The translations under genes were made by a program, and so were the position numbers. From NCBI GenBank assembly GCA_964250805.1, contig CAXUHG010000004.1, positions 25,730 through 89,729 of the forward strand: a stretch of 64,000 nucleotides of DNA, in the 5' to 3' direction. Shown piece after piece: positions 9,028 through 18,542 of the stretch. Positions within the stretch are counted from its first letter, which is position 1. Each line of letters begins with the position of its first letter. Source of the stretch: an uncultured Ktedonobacteraceae bacterium. GTDB lineage: Bacteria; Chloroflexota; Ktedonobacteria; Ktedonobacterales; Ktedonobacteraceae. The notes under the pieces are model-generated. The model had not been told where the DNA came from. It saw only the letters and a list, made by a program, of their open reading frames with translations, and made no database searches.

Positions 9028-9540
9028 TTACTTCACCTGTAAAAATGTGGTGTCGCCGATATGTGCTACCTCTATGTGGCTGCGTAAGGCAACGCGTCGG
9101 CGCGTGAGCAGGTAGAACGAGGCATCATTATGTTCTATTGTAATTTCATAGAGATGATAGCCGAAAACATTGAGCATTGGATTGATATAGATCATATTGG
9201 AATTGACGTAAATAATCAACAAGACGGCAAAAAATACTAGCACCGCCCATACCTGCGAACTCGCCAAATCAAAGGTTACGAAAGGGAGCAGATAGCTCGT
9301 AACGTAGCTGAGAACATCACCATCATGTCGATCTAGCGAGGCGATAGACTCGTGTGATACCTGGCGACGCGGCACGATCAATAGAAAGTAGAGTATCAGA
9401 ATGATGACACCTGATATACCAACCAGCAGTATCAGCACGGCCCAAAGGAGATGTTTTTCCCATAAAAGGATGCAGAAAATCAACGCAAGCGGAAAGTAGG
9501 AGCTAATGAAGAGCAGACAACGTACAAAAAAACTAGGCAT
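9028..9540 (-). CDS. Small polytopic membrane protein (about 4 TM helices plus a soluble C-terminal tail), KwaA-like candidate
   Basis: 170 aa. Hydrophobic stretches are FFVRCLLFISSYFPLALIFCILLW, LLWAVLILLVGISGVIILILYFLLIV, VLSYVTSYLLPFVTF and VWAVLVFFAVLLIIYV. It is the first gene of the pair. Confidence 0.5.
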   Translation of the reverse strand: MPSFFVRCLLFISSYFPLALIFCILLWEKHLLWAVLILLVGISGVIILILYFLLIVPRRQVSHESIASLDRHDGDVLSYVTSYLLPFVTFDLASSQVWAVLVFFAVLLIIYVNSNMIYINPMLNVFGYHLYEITIEHNDASFYLLTRRRVALRSHIEVAHIGDTTFLQVK

Positions 9541-9627
9541 AGTGAAGAGAGTCCTTTCCGCACGGCATAAGAGATGTCTCTATACTATCCTTATTCCTTT
9601 TAGAAAGCAACAAAGTGGTAAATATGC

Positions 9628-9700
9628 ACAATCAAGTTTGATATATAGCAATTGCTGGCGGCTCTGCCGCCAGCAATTGCTATATATCAAACTTGATTGT
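9628..9700. terminator. Perfect 34-bp inverted repeat with a 5-nt loop
   Basis: ACAATCAAGTTTGATATATAGCAATTGCTGGCGG-ctctg-CCGCCAGCAATTGCTATATATCAAACTTGATTGT. The right arm contains the last codons and the stop (9680-9682) of the regulator gene. Confidence 0.6.
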
Positions 9701-10840
9701 ATTTTGTCTTTCATGCCCGTCGCGTCCCAATTTCTCAAACTCACTTTCCATTTCACTGAGAACGCGTTGCTCCGCCTCTGGTCGGCTGACCATATGCCTA
9801 CGTGCATATGTAATGATACGATTGATGTAGGTACGTCCTATTTCCTCACGTTGCCACTTCACCGGTGGCATTGGTCGTAGGTGTAGAAAGGAGCCAGGAT
9901 AAAAGTTTTCATTGCGTAGACCAAGTGCCATCAATTGTGCAAGTTCGTCCATAGTCTGGCTTGCCATAGCGTCCTCGAAAAAGGTGGATTGTGTGCTAGA
10001 TCCAAGCAGCACACCAGAGAGACGACCCGCGTACATCACAGGGAACGCGACAGCACTGCGCTCAAACTCGTCAATATCGACCTGTGAACGCTCTTCATCA
10101 AGGTTATTCCAGGTTTGGGGGCGTTGTAGCGTTGCCGCCGTGCCAGCAAGCGTAGTACTGCCGAGATATGCGCGACTCTCAAGACTGAAAGGCCAAGGAT
10201 CACTCCCACGCATTGCTACTTCGCGTAACGAATGAATGCCGTCCTCACGCGCAGGCATCAGGCTTGCATAGGTAATAGCAAAGCCGCGTCGGTCCGGGTC
10301 CAAATGTAAGAGGGCATACTCGAAAATAGCTTGTGTCACCTGCCAGTAACGCGAATCGTCTTCAGGCGTAGTTGCTACAATATCAAGCACACGCCGATAA
10401 ATGTCTTTCTTTACCTCACCTACACGTAAAGATGGTGGATCGAGGACACCAGGAAATGTTTGATGAATTGCCTGAGTCAGATCGCTTCGATGCTCTTCCA
10501 GTACTTCAGGAATGCGCTTGAGATGCATCACACGCGGTTCAGAGCTTCCATTCATCCAGCGATACACAGTAATTTCTGCGACATCCATTGCCTGCGCCAC
10601 TCGTGTAATCTCTGTACGCTCTTGACGAAGAATGGAACGCAGCAAGCTACTGAAAGGTGTGAGCTTTTCTTCCATCGGATTATACTCCAGACGTTCGTCA
10701 TCCAAGCTCACATTGGATGATGAAAGAGACGGAGTAGGTAACTCCTCAAAAAATTTCTTTTTCGAGCCGAGGGGACGCCCCCGCTTTCTTGGCTGCTTAG
10801 GTACATCCTTGTCCATAGTAACCGAACACTTTCCTTCCAT
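9680..10840 (-). CDS. HTH DNA-binding regulator with a C-terminal GAF-like sensor domain
   Basis: A basic N-terminus (KQPRKRGRPLGSKKK), an HTH segment ITRVAQAMDVAEITVYRWMNG, and a C-terminus ...AFPVMYAGRLSGVLLGSS...LAQLMALGLRNENFY typical of GAF domain ends. Confidence 0.55.
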   Translation of the reverse strand: MEGKCSVTMDKDVPKQPRKRGRPLGSKKKFFEELPTPSLSSSNVSLDDERLEYNPMEEKLTPFSSLLRSILRQERTEITRVAQAMDVAEITVYRWMNGSSEPRVMHLKRIPEVLEEHRSDLTQAIHQTFPGVLDPPSLRVGEVKKDIYRRVLDIVATTPEDDSRYWQVTQAIFEYALLHLDPDRRGFAITYASLMPAREDGIHSLREVAMRGSDPWPFSLESRAYLGSTTLAGTAATLQRPQTWNNLDEERSQVDIDEFERSAVAFPVMYAGRLSGVLLGSSTQSTFFEDAMASQTMDELAQLMALGLRNENFYPGSFLHLRPMPPVKWQREEIGRTYINRIITYARRHMVSRPEAEQRVLSEMESEFEKLGRDGHERQNTIKFDI

Positions 10841-11123
10841 TGTAATTTACAATTCTCACACCTCTGCTCACTATCTACTCAACATAGTATAACACATTAA
10901 ATACTCTTTTTTGAAGCAAATTTATAAAAACCGCGTAAAAAATATTCGCGATACAAATATTTTCTTTTTAATACATACTTCCATTTCTTGTGCATGACAT
11001 TGTTATCTTTTAGTACTACAATGTTGTATCAGTGCTAAATTTAAGGTAATATTCATATGTGCCGAAGAGTACATTACCTGCTTTTCGCAACTACAAGGGA
11101 TATGATAGGGATGAAAAAAAGTT

Positions 11124-12080
11124 ATGGCAGTAAATGATGTGGTGCATGGAAATGAGTGTGGCCTTCCACTGAATGCTATTGAATGGTTAGAGACTCACCA
11201 TCAAAGTAAAGCTTACGAACGCGATCAAATGATTCGCGATCTTGCAATTAAAAAAGGCTGTTTTGTTGTCGATGCTGGTTGTGGTCCCGGTTTATGGACT
11301 CCCTTGCTTGCAAAAGCAATTGGGCCACACGGCTATATTGTGGGTGTCGATATTTCAGCGGAGGCTTTAGTGACCGCCCAAAGCCGTAGTGCCAACGGCT
11401 GGTATCGTCGCCAGGTAGAATATAAACGCGCTCTCCTCGAAGAACTGCCAGTTCCTGCAGGAAGAGCCGATTTCATTTTTAGTGCAAATGTCAGTCAGTA
11501 CCTTCCTGATCCTGTAACGACGTTTGCCGCAATGGGTCCCTATCTGGCACAGGGCGGGCGGCTCGCCATCAAAGATATCGACTTCGGTACAATGCGCTTT
11601 CACTCTCTTGATGCAGGACTCCAGGCGCGTGTGTTACAGGCACGAGAAAACTGGGAGTGCCAGCGCGTTGATAAAGGCTACACCTTTGAAGATAGCTGGG
11701 TCGGCTCAAAGCTTGCTGGCTACCTTCGTCAGGCGGGCTACGAGGATGTGCGCGAGACAGCATATCCAATCCACCGCACCGCCCCACTACCAGCAAATTT
11801 CCGCTTTTACCTGCAAGGCATTGCTGAGTGGTTTGTCAGCGAAGATGCCCCTTTGCTTTCAGACAACGATGTACGAGACTGGCTACGCAGCTTCCGCGAC
11901 GGCTCAGAGTGCGCTCTTGATAAAGTAGACTTTCAAAGCGAAGAGATCGAGTATATGGTGACAGGCACCTGGAATAAACCAGCTCCCAAACCAGTCCACT
12001 ACGTAGATATGTATATCGAGACTGCCGAAAGCGAAATAGGGGCAAACGAACAGCCATTACTATTACATGCCATTAACTAA
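11124..12080 (+). CDS. Class I SAM-dependent methyltransferase
   Basis: Motif I VVDAGCGPGLWT and post-I VGVDIS; 318 aa. Confidence 0.75.
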   Translation: MAVNDVVHGNECGLPLNAIEWLETHHQSKAYERDQMIRDLAIKKGCFVVDAGCGPGLWTPLLAKAIGPHGYIVGVDISAEALVTAQSRSANGWYRRQVEYKRALLEELPVPAGRADFIFSANVSQYLPDPVTTFAAMGPYLAQGGRLAIKDIDFGTMRFHSLDAGLQARVLQARENWECQRVDKGYTFEDSWVGSKLAGYLRQAGYEDVRETAYPIHRTAPLPANFRFYLQGIAEWFVSEDAPLLSDNDVRDWLRSFRDGSECALDKVDFQSEEIEYMVTGTWNKPAPKPVHYVDMYIETAESEIGANEQPLLLHAIN

Positions 12081-12095
12081 TTTTTTCACAAAAGG

Positions 12096-12130
12096 GAAGA
12101 GCGGGAACTTAGTGCGGCTTCCTGCTCTTC
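12096..12130. terminator. 12-bp stem (one G.T pair) with an 11-nt loop, between convergent genes
   Basis: GAAGAGCGGGAA-cttagtgcggc-TTCCTGCTCTTC. Confidence 0.45.
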
Positions 12131-12145
12131 TATCCTCTGCATAAA

Positions 12146-12376
12146 TCAGTGCGTATTATTCAATTGGTCCGCGATCATTGCAATCGCGGCATCTCCTACA
12201 ATTGCCTGTAACTGTGTATGAATCTGCCCCATATTTTCCATGCGAGCAGTGATAAAGTCATGTCTTGCGTTGCCATAGGCAAGCCCCGACATCCCACGTT
12301 GCGCCGCTTCGTATTCCGAACTAATCTGTGATAATAGCCTTGCGACCTCGCTTCGTTGCTCATTTGCTCCAAGCAT
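12146..12376 (-). CDS. Hypothetical 76-aa helical protein
   Basis: A clean ORF with host-like codon usage. I recognise no motif. Confidence 0.4.
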   Translation of the reverse strand: MLGANEQRSEVARLLSQISSEYEAAQRGMSGLAYGNARHDFITARMENMGQIHTQLQAIVGDAAIAMIADQLNNTH

Positions 12377-12760
12377 GGTCTCTTTTCCTTCCTATACTAC
12401 TTACTATACATAATCGTCAATATGTGTGCTTGCTGCCATATTCTTGTAGATACAATGTGTATCTTTTGTTTAGCAACATGTACAACACACGTTCATAGTA
12501 TGCACGAAAAGATATCTTCTTGTCTAGTGATTTGATGACCAGTTTTACACAATATCACTTTTTTTCACACAACGTTCACACTGTTACAACAATGTTATAC
12601 AAACATTCAAACAAAGTAATGTGTCTATACAAGCCCAACGAGACGTTTCTTTACAATAAGAAGCACTGCTACCCGAAAAATCAAAAGTGCAGGACAACAG
12701 ACAAAAATATGTGGTACTTTTAGGGTACGAAATATTGTTGTACAGACCTGAGAGGAGTTC

Positions 12761-13510
12761 TTGAGGATGAATATTGCGTCGGTAGCACTCGAATTATATA
12801 CGGTACGCGACGAGACGGCACGAGATTTCGCAGGTACGCTACGCAAAGTTGCGGATATAGGCTATCCGGGCGTCGAGTTTGCTGGCTATGGCAATCTCGG
12901 TGCAAAAGAGATGAAGGCATTACTTACCGAGACAGGATTACGTGCTTTTGCAACGCATGTTCGTTTAGATGCTATTGAGCAGAATTTGGCGCAGGAAATC
13001 GCGTATTGCAAGGAAATTGAGTGTCCATTGCTGATACTGCCGTCACTGCCGCGTGAGATGCACACAGCCGAGAGTTTTCGTCAACTTGCTCTCCGCCTGA
13101 ACACATTTGGGCAACAGTGTCGAGAGCAAGGTATCACCTTTGGCTACCACAATCACGACTTCGAGTTCGCGCAGCATGATGGCGAGACACTCATGAGTAT
13201 TCTGCTTTCTTCCACCGATTCATCGCTGGTCAAACTCGAACTTGATGTTTACTGGGCTGCCTATGCTGGCGTCGATCCCATAGCCCTCTTACGTCAAAAC
13301 ACTGGTCGCATTCCCATTATTCACCTCAAAGATATGACGCCTGAACACACCTTTACCGAAGTTGGAGCAGGTACGCTACCAATAAGTGAGATTATTCAGG
13401 CGGCACGTGACAGCGGAACACAGGTATTCGCGGTCGAGAACGATGCGCCCACTATTCCATCGTTGGAGAGCGCGAAACGCTCGCTAGAGAATTTACGAAA
13501 TATGGCATAA
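12761..13510 (+). CDS. Sugar phosphate isomerase/epimerase (xylose-isomerase-like TIM barrel)
   Basis: 249 aa. The pattern ...GYPGVEFAG..., ...GYHNHDFEF..., ...ELDVYW..., ...IHLKD... is typical of this fold family. An SD GAGAGGAG lies upstream. Confidence 0.75.
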   Translation: MRMNIASVALELYTVRDETARDFAGTLRKVADIGYPGVEFAGYGNLGAKEMKALLTETGLRAFATHVRLDAIEQNLAQEIAYCKEIECPLLILPSLPREMHTAESFRQLALRLNTFGQQCREQGITFGYHNHDFEFAQHDGETLMSILLSSTDSSLVKLELDVYWAAYAGVDPIALLRQNTGRIPIIHLKDMTPEHTFTEVGAGTLPISEIIQAARDSGTQVFAVENDAPTIPSLESAKRSLENLRNMA

Positions 13511-13566
13511 TTTCTCTTTGTGTTATTCCAGCAAGGCTAGTCTTGCTGGAATAACACAAAGAGAAA
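13511..13566. terminator. Perfect 25-bp inverted repeat with a 6-nt loop
   Basis: TTTCTCTTTGTGTTATTCCAGCAAG-gctagt-CTTGCTGGAATAACACAAAGAGAAA, starting 1 nt after the stop of the isomerase gene. Confidence 0.6.
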
Positions 13567-13664
13567 CAATCTCCTCTTCTGCCATGCTGTGTATAGTTCC
13601 TTTTTGTGTTATTATATGTCACACACACTTTTTGAATATCATAGGTACTCAGGAGCAGACAGGT

Positions 13665-14837
13665 ATGGACCTACACGTTGAGCAGACAGAACCGTCCCAA
13701 CATGCTGAGCTAGATGGAGAGAGACAGGGCAAGGCACGCGAATACGCGCGTATGCGTCGTCGCCTCTCGTTCGTCAACATTGGCATCTCGGTGCTTGCGG
13801 TTCTTGTCATCTTCTTGATTGGCTTCGATGTATGGCTACGGAATGTCCTGGCATCCCTACACTGGCAACCGCTTACAGGTTGGTTTCCCCTCATTATCGC
13901 CTGCTATCTCCTGGTATTCACCGTTGGCTACACGCTTGTCACGTCTCCGCTCTCGTATTATGGCTTCGTATTGTCACACCGCTATGGTCTCTCAACAATG
14001 TCACTACGCGGTTGGCTTGTCGATCAATTAAAGGGTTTTGCGCTTGGCCTCGTGTTCGAGATTATCGTCGTTGAACTCATCTATTTTCTGTTAGCCACAC
14101 AGCCGCAGCTATGGTGGCTCTGGGTTGCGCTCATTCTGCTATTCTTCTCTGTCGTGATGGCAAACCTTGCCCCTGTGCTGCTGTTGCCACTTTTCTACAA
14201 ATTCAGTCCTCTGCCTGATGGTGAGTTGAAGCAGCGGCTTCTAGCCTTAGCAGACCGCGCTAATACACGGGTGCAGGGTGTCTTCACCATGCATATGAGC
14301 AGCAAGACTACGGCGGCAAATGCGGCTCTCATGGGACTTGGCAATACACGACGTATCGTGCTAGGGGACACCATGCTGGATCGCTACACGCCCGACGAAA
14401 TCGAGGTGGTGCTGGCACACGAACTGGGACATCAGGTACATTCCGATATCTGGAAACTGATTATCAGCCAGTCGCTTTTGACGCTTATAGGACTCTACTT
14501 GTTCAATCTGTGCCTATCCTGGGCAACCACACACCTTGACCGCTATTCCGGCCTCTCCGACCCCGCTACACTCCCGTTATTGCTTGTCCTCACGGGTATT
14601 TTCGGCTTTCTTATCGCGCCACTCACCAATGGCTATAGTCGGGCCGTTGAGTATCAAGCCGACGAATATGCTCTGCAAGCAACGCATAAGGTTGAGTCAT
14701 TCAAAAGTGCGATGACACGGCTTGCCAATCAGAATCTTGCCGAGGTCGAGCCATCGCCTCTCGTCGAGTTCCTGTTCTACGATCATCCCTCCATCGGGAA
14801 ACGCTTGGTACACGCCGAACAATTTGCGAACAAATAA
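13665..14837 (+). CDS. M48-family (Ste24/HtpX-like) zinc metallopeptidase, polytopic membrane protein
   Basis: HEXXH motif LAHELGHQVH and several TM helices. I moved the start to the ATG at 13665 (SD AGGAG at 13651-13655) because the track start at 13518 lies inside the preceding hairpin. Confidence 0.8.
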   Translation: MDLHVEQTEPSQHAELDGERQGKAREYARMRRRLSFVNIGISVLAVLVIFLIGFDVWLRNVLASLHWQPLTGWFPLIIACYLLVFTVGYTLVTSPLSYYGFVLSHRYGLSTMSLRGWLVDQLKGFALGLVFEIIVVELIYFLLATQPQLWWLWVALILLFFSVVMANLAPVLLLPLFYKFSPLPDGELKQRLLALADRANTRVQGVFTMHMSSKTTAANAALMGLGNTRRIVLGDTMLDRYTPDEIEVVLAHELGHQVHSDIWKLIISQSLLTLIGLYLFNLCLSWATTHLDRYSGLSDPATLPLLLVLTGIFGFLIAPLTNGYSRAVEYQADEYALQATHKVESFKSAMTRLANQNLAEVEPSPLVEFLFYDHPSIGKRLVHAEQFANK

Positions 14838-14842
14838 ACAAC

Positions 14843-14875
14843 AGTGCAGGGAGACCGCAAGGGTCTCCCTGCACT
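14843..14875. terminator. GC-rich 14-bp hairpin between convergent genes
   Basis: AGTGCAGGGAGACC-gcaag-GGTCTCCCTGCACT. Confidence 0.6.
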
Positions 14876-14880
14876 TTCTC

Positions 14881-15960
14881 TTATTTCGCTTCAAGTGCCT
14901 GCTTAAAGGCCGCGAGTTGTGTACCTACCTCGTCGATGCTGCCGCCTGGCATGCCCATCAGCGGCTCATCGACGCCGCCCTCCGCCCATGTATCCAGTTT
15001 CGCAACAACCTCTTGTGGCGTGCCAATAATGGAGGTAGCGTCGAGCATACGTGGACTCACGGCGGCTACCGCGCTCTTCAAGCCCTTCTTATTAGCCTCG
15101 ATTACCGCCTGCACATCCTCGCCAAAGCCTTGCCGCGTCAACATGTCGGCGTAGTACACGCCCATACGCGCGATATAGTAGGCAAGTGGCTGAGCAGCAT
15201 TCATCATCGCCGTCTTGCGCGTCTCCTCGTCCGCATTTTCGGGTAGCAGAACGCTCGTGATGTATGGAGCAATCGCAGCACTGTGCGCGGGTCGTCTTGC
15301 CTTGAGCGAACCGGCGTCGAGTTGAGCGCGAAGTTCGCCCCAGCGATTGCCGGGCCAGTACACTGGCAGAATACCATCAGCTATCTCGCCTGATTGCTCG
15401 ACGTTTTTAGGACCCATCGCGGCAATGTAAATTGGCAAATCAGGACGCAAGGGTTTGAAGCGAAGCGTGAAGCCGCGCTCAAGATGGAAGAATTCGCCGT
15501 TGTAGACTAGCTTTTCGCCGCGCAGAATCATCCTGATGATCTCAACATACTCGCGTGTTCGCTTGACTGGCTTCTCGAACTTGACGCCATGCCAATGCTC
15601 TATCACATTCGCCCCCGATGGTCCGAGGCCGAGCAGAATGCGTCCACCAGAGCGCTCATCGAGCGTCGCAACGGTGCTAGCAATAAGGGCGGGAGTACGT
15701 GAGTAAATATTGGCGATGCCCGCTCCAATCTTGATATGCTGAGTCTCGCGCACTAAATCGCTCATCGACGTAAAAAGCTCGTAGCCCCACGACTCACCAA
15801 GCCATACTGAATCAAAGCCCAGTTGGTCGGCGAGTTTCACCTTCTCGATAACTGCGTTCCACTCGCCGGGAAAATTCGGCGAGTCCGCCACAAAGCCTAT
15901 ACGACTACGATACGCCTTCGTTGCGTTTGCACCAGCCACAGTGTCAGTGTTTGTCGTCAT
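14881..15960 (-). CDS. Luciferase-like monooxygenase (LLM) class oxidoreductase, probably F420-dependent
   Basis: 359 aa. The segments ...AEQLGFDSVWLGESWGYE..., ...LGLGPSG... and the general LLM layout. Confidence 0.75.
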   Translation of the reverse strand: MTTNTDTVAGANATKAYRSRIGFVADSPNFPGEWNAVIEKVKLADQLGFDSVWLGESWGYELFTSMSDLVRETQHIKIGAGIANIYSRTPALIASTVATLDERSGGRILLGLGPSGANVIEHWHGVKFEKPVKRTREYVEIIRMILRGEKLVYNGEFFHLERGFTLRFKPLRPDLPIYIAAMGPKNVEQSGEIADGILPVYWPGNRWGELRAQLDAGSLKARRPAHSAAIAPYITSVLLPENADEETRKTAMMNAAQPLAYYIARMGVYYADMLTRQGFGEDVQAVIEANKKGLKSAVAAVSPRMLDATSIIGTPQEVVAKLDTWAEGGVDEPLMGMPGGSIDEVGTQLAAFKQALEAK

Positions 15961-15996
15961 GCGCTGATCCGTCCTTCCGTTCGTTGCACAGTAAAA

Positions 15997-16998
15997 TTAC
16001 GCTTGGCTCTTCTTATCCCATCCACGCAAAGCATAATATCCTTCCAGTTCGTTTTGAACTGAACTGATAGCTATGATAAGTTTGTCTATAACAGCCACAT
16101 TTTGAATCTTAGCACCTTGCTCCTGAGCTAAGGGAGCCAAGTCGGGAAAACGTCTCTCCGTCAGTATGTAAAGAATATGACGTGCTGCTTCTAAACGTCC
16201 CTGCTCTATTCCTTGCTCTATTCCTTGCTCTATTCCCTGTCCTATTCCTTCCTCCCTTCCTTCTCGTAGTATCTCTTGATAGATCGGCGTGTCTCTAAAT
16301 ATGTCATGCATTTCTCGAAACCTCCTGATAAGCCATTCATGGTCTACTGCGCTCTTTTTTTGTAGGACAAACGAAGCCAAAGTATAACCAATTGTCTCCA
16401 ATTCAGTTACCTGTGTTTCGGCCTCTCTCTGTTCTTTCAATTTTGCAAACATACGATTTATAACTTCGCGGCTAGCTCCTCCTTGCGTCAATGGCAAAAG
16501 CGGAAGCAAAGTTACAGAGTCTATATTCAAAATATCGTCAGGCGTCAGTTGCCCTATCTCGATGCTTTCAAAGCGAAACTCGTGAATTAGTTCTCCATCA
16601 GGAAACGTTATGCGAAACGGTGATTGTGGTACAGTTCCATCTTTCAAAAGATAAATTACACATGAGAAAACCGGTAGCTTATGAGCATTCCTTGCTAATA
16701 CATTATACAGCAAAAGTCGCTCTGACATATCCTTATCATTGTATGTCTGAAACTCGATATGGAGCAACATACGTTGTCCGCTTACCATTACCTGTAGCAG
16801 TATGTCAACCTCTCGCTGCAAACTTTCTAGTTCAGAAGGTTGTTCGCTAAGATAAGTTGCATTCGGAATGAGCCATTGTACAAACTCATTTGGATTGACA
16901 TGGATGAGCCGCTTTAGAGTCGAGTCCCACGATTTCGTTTTTGCCACAATATACTTACCCCCTAAGTTCTTGTTCAGTGAGTGTAACATGGAAGCCAT
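15997..16998 (-). CDS. Rpn/YhgA-like PD-(D/E)xK recombination-promoting nuclease family protein
   Basis: The core is ...REVDILLQV...MLLHIEFQTYNDKDMSERLLLY..., and the C-terminal region resembles DUF4351. It contains a (GIEQ) tandem repeat encoded at about 16195-16255. Confidence 0.65.
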   Translation of the reverse strand: MASMLHSLNKNLGGKYIVAKTKSWDSTLKRLIHVNPNEFVQWLIPNATYLSEQPSELESLQREVDILLQVMVSGQRMLLHIEFQTYNDKDMSERLLLYNVLARNAHKLPVFSCVIYLLKDGTVPQSPFRITFPDGELIHEFRFESIEIGQLTPDDILNIDSVTLLPLLPLTQGGASREVINRMFAKLKEQREAETQVTELETIGYTLASFVLQKKSAVDHEWLIRRFREMHDIFRDTPIYQEILREGREEGIGQGIEQGIEQGIEQGRLEAARHILYILTERRFPDLAPLAQEQGAKIQNVAVIDKLIIAISSVQNELEGYYALRGWDKKSQA

Positions 16999-17071
16999 CT
17001 ATTGTCGAGCTATTAAGCAAGCATATTTCTTGCCTCTCTCTACCCACAAACAGGGTCAAATATGCTAGGAT

Positions 17072-18403
17072 ATGCTTATGAAGATAAGACAACTGAGCCT
17101 TACGCTCTTGCTGTGCATGACGCTCCTGAGTGCGTGCGCAATTGGCAATACACCACAACCGAACACACAAAAGACGCCCACATCTACCGTATGTAATGTG
17201 ACTGAAGCAGTACACATCGCCAGCACTAGCACGTTGCCTGCTGCTACGGGAAATTGGCCTACATTTCATGGCGATATCAACCGCGATGGTGCGGCACCGA
17301 CGAACGGAAACAGAAATACGCTTCATCTGGCGTGGACGTTTTGTACGGGTGGGGCTGTCTTCTCTTCGCCTATTGTACAAGATGGTGTAGCGTATATCGC
17401 TTCGACCAGTACGACGCTTACCGCGATAGATATTGCGAGCGCGAGAATGCTGTGGCAAATTCAGGCAGGAGACGCTTTTTATGGCACACCAGCTCTCCTG
17501 AATGGCGTACTCTATGTAGGCTCACTTGATGGAACTATCTACGCCGTCAACACGAAGGATGGCTTTGTACGCTGGCACACACAAATTGACACGCTAGGGG
17601 CGAAGATATGGTCTTCGCCGGCAATCGCAAATGGACTACTTGTCATTGGAGCTGCCTCGACTTTGAGCGAAAATCCGAAGCGAGCGGGTCAGGTTCTGGC
17701 CTTTGATACGACAACAGGGAAGATGCGCTGGCGTGCCTATATAGAGCAAGGCGGCAAAGCAGGTGGAGGCGTTTGGAGTTCGCCCGCGATTGACGTAGCA
17801 AGCAAAACGGTTTATGTAGGAACGGGCGATCCCGATGATGGTGTCGAGGCTCTGAACTTGCAGACGGGTCGCGTTCTCTGGCACTGGCGTTCTGTGGTTC
17901 AGGATATTGGCGATACCGATGTCGGTGCTGGACCCTTGCTCTATCACAATGACAAGAAACAACTTCGCGTCGTAGTTGGTGGCAAGAACGGCAACGTCTA
18001 TAACCTTGATGGCAAAACAGGAAAACTGCTCTGGCACACGATGATAGGCCAGCATGTCTTTAGTTCGCCCAGCTACACGAACGGCGTACTCTACACGATT
18101 GGTCTCACGGGACACTCAGCAACGGTATCTGTACTCGACGCACAGACAGGTAAAGCTCGCTGGCATTACGACATACCCACAATCATCTACGCCTCACCAG
18201 CGGTCTCCGGGCAAGCACTCTACGTTGCAACAGGCGATGCCTTTGTAGCAGGGGACGGAGGCATAATCGTGCTAAACACCACGAATGGGCAACAGATACA
18301 ATCTATCAATGTGCATAGTGCTATGACCTCATCGCCAGCCGTTCTCTCCACATGGCTGCTGGTTGGGGCACGCGATGGCAACTTGTACGCATACATTCGC
18401 TAG
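17072..18403 (+). CDS. Secreted/lipoprotein PQQ-like beta-propeller repeat protein
   Basis: Signal peptide plus lipobox LLSACA, followed by repeated ...G.vY.g..dG.l.A.d..tG...W... blades. Confidence 0.7.
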   Translation: MLMKIRQLSLTLLLCMTLLSACAIGNTPQPNTQKTPTSTVCNVTEAVHIASTSTLPAATGNWPTFHGDINRDGAAPTNGNRNTLHLAWTFCTGGAVFSSPIVQDGVAYIASTSTTLTAIDIASARMLWQIQAGDAFYGTPALLNGVLYVGSLDGTIYAVNTKDGFVRWHTQIDTLGAKIWSSPAIANGLLVIGAASTLSENPKRAGQVLAFDTTTGKMRWRAYIEQGGKAGGGVWSSPAIDVASKTVYVGTGDPDDGVEALNLQTGRVLWHWRSVVQDIGDTDVGAGPLLYHNDKKQLRVVVGGKNGNVYNLDGKTGKLLWHTMIGQHVFSSPSYTNGVLYTIGLTGHSATVSVLDAQTGKARWHYDIPTIIYASPAVSGQALYVATGDAFVAGDGGIIVLNTTNGQQIQSINVHSAMTSSPAVLSTWLLVGARDGNLYAYIR

Positions 18404-18542
18404 AGCTTTCAGCTTTTCTAAGAGCACAGAAGAGCCAGCACTCCGATAAAACGCAACTTTTCATGTCTGTTACGCGTGTATTAAGAGAACAATATAAGAA
18501 TTTCTATAGGTTCTATAAAAATCATAAAAAGGAAGCGTACCT

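Noticed and set aside
13518-13664. Upstream-extended starts given by the ORF track (13518, 20908, 26589, 28333, 29355, 29576, 33941, 35965, 38712, 41785, 46188, 46460, 51910, 53237)
   Set aside because: In each case the extension overlaps a hairpin, a repeat or the preceding gene. An internal ATG preceded by a GGAG-type SD begins the conserved part of the protein, so the starts were moved as listed in the features.
15997-16998. The Rpn-like (and Uma2-like, 45526-46128) genes as transposases or IS elements
   Set aside because: No terminal inverted repeats or target duplications flank them, and both families are generally regarded as domesticated PD-(D/E)xK nucleases rather than autonomous IS elements. 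I therefore annotated them as CDS only.
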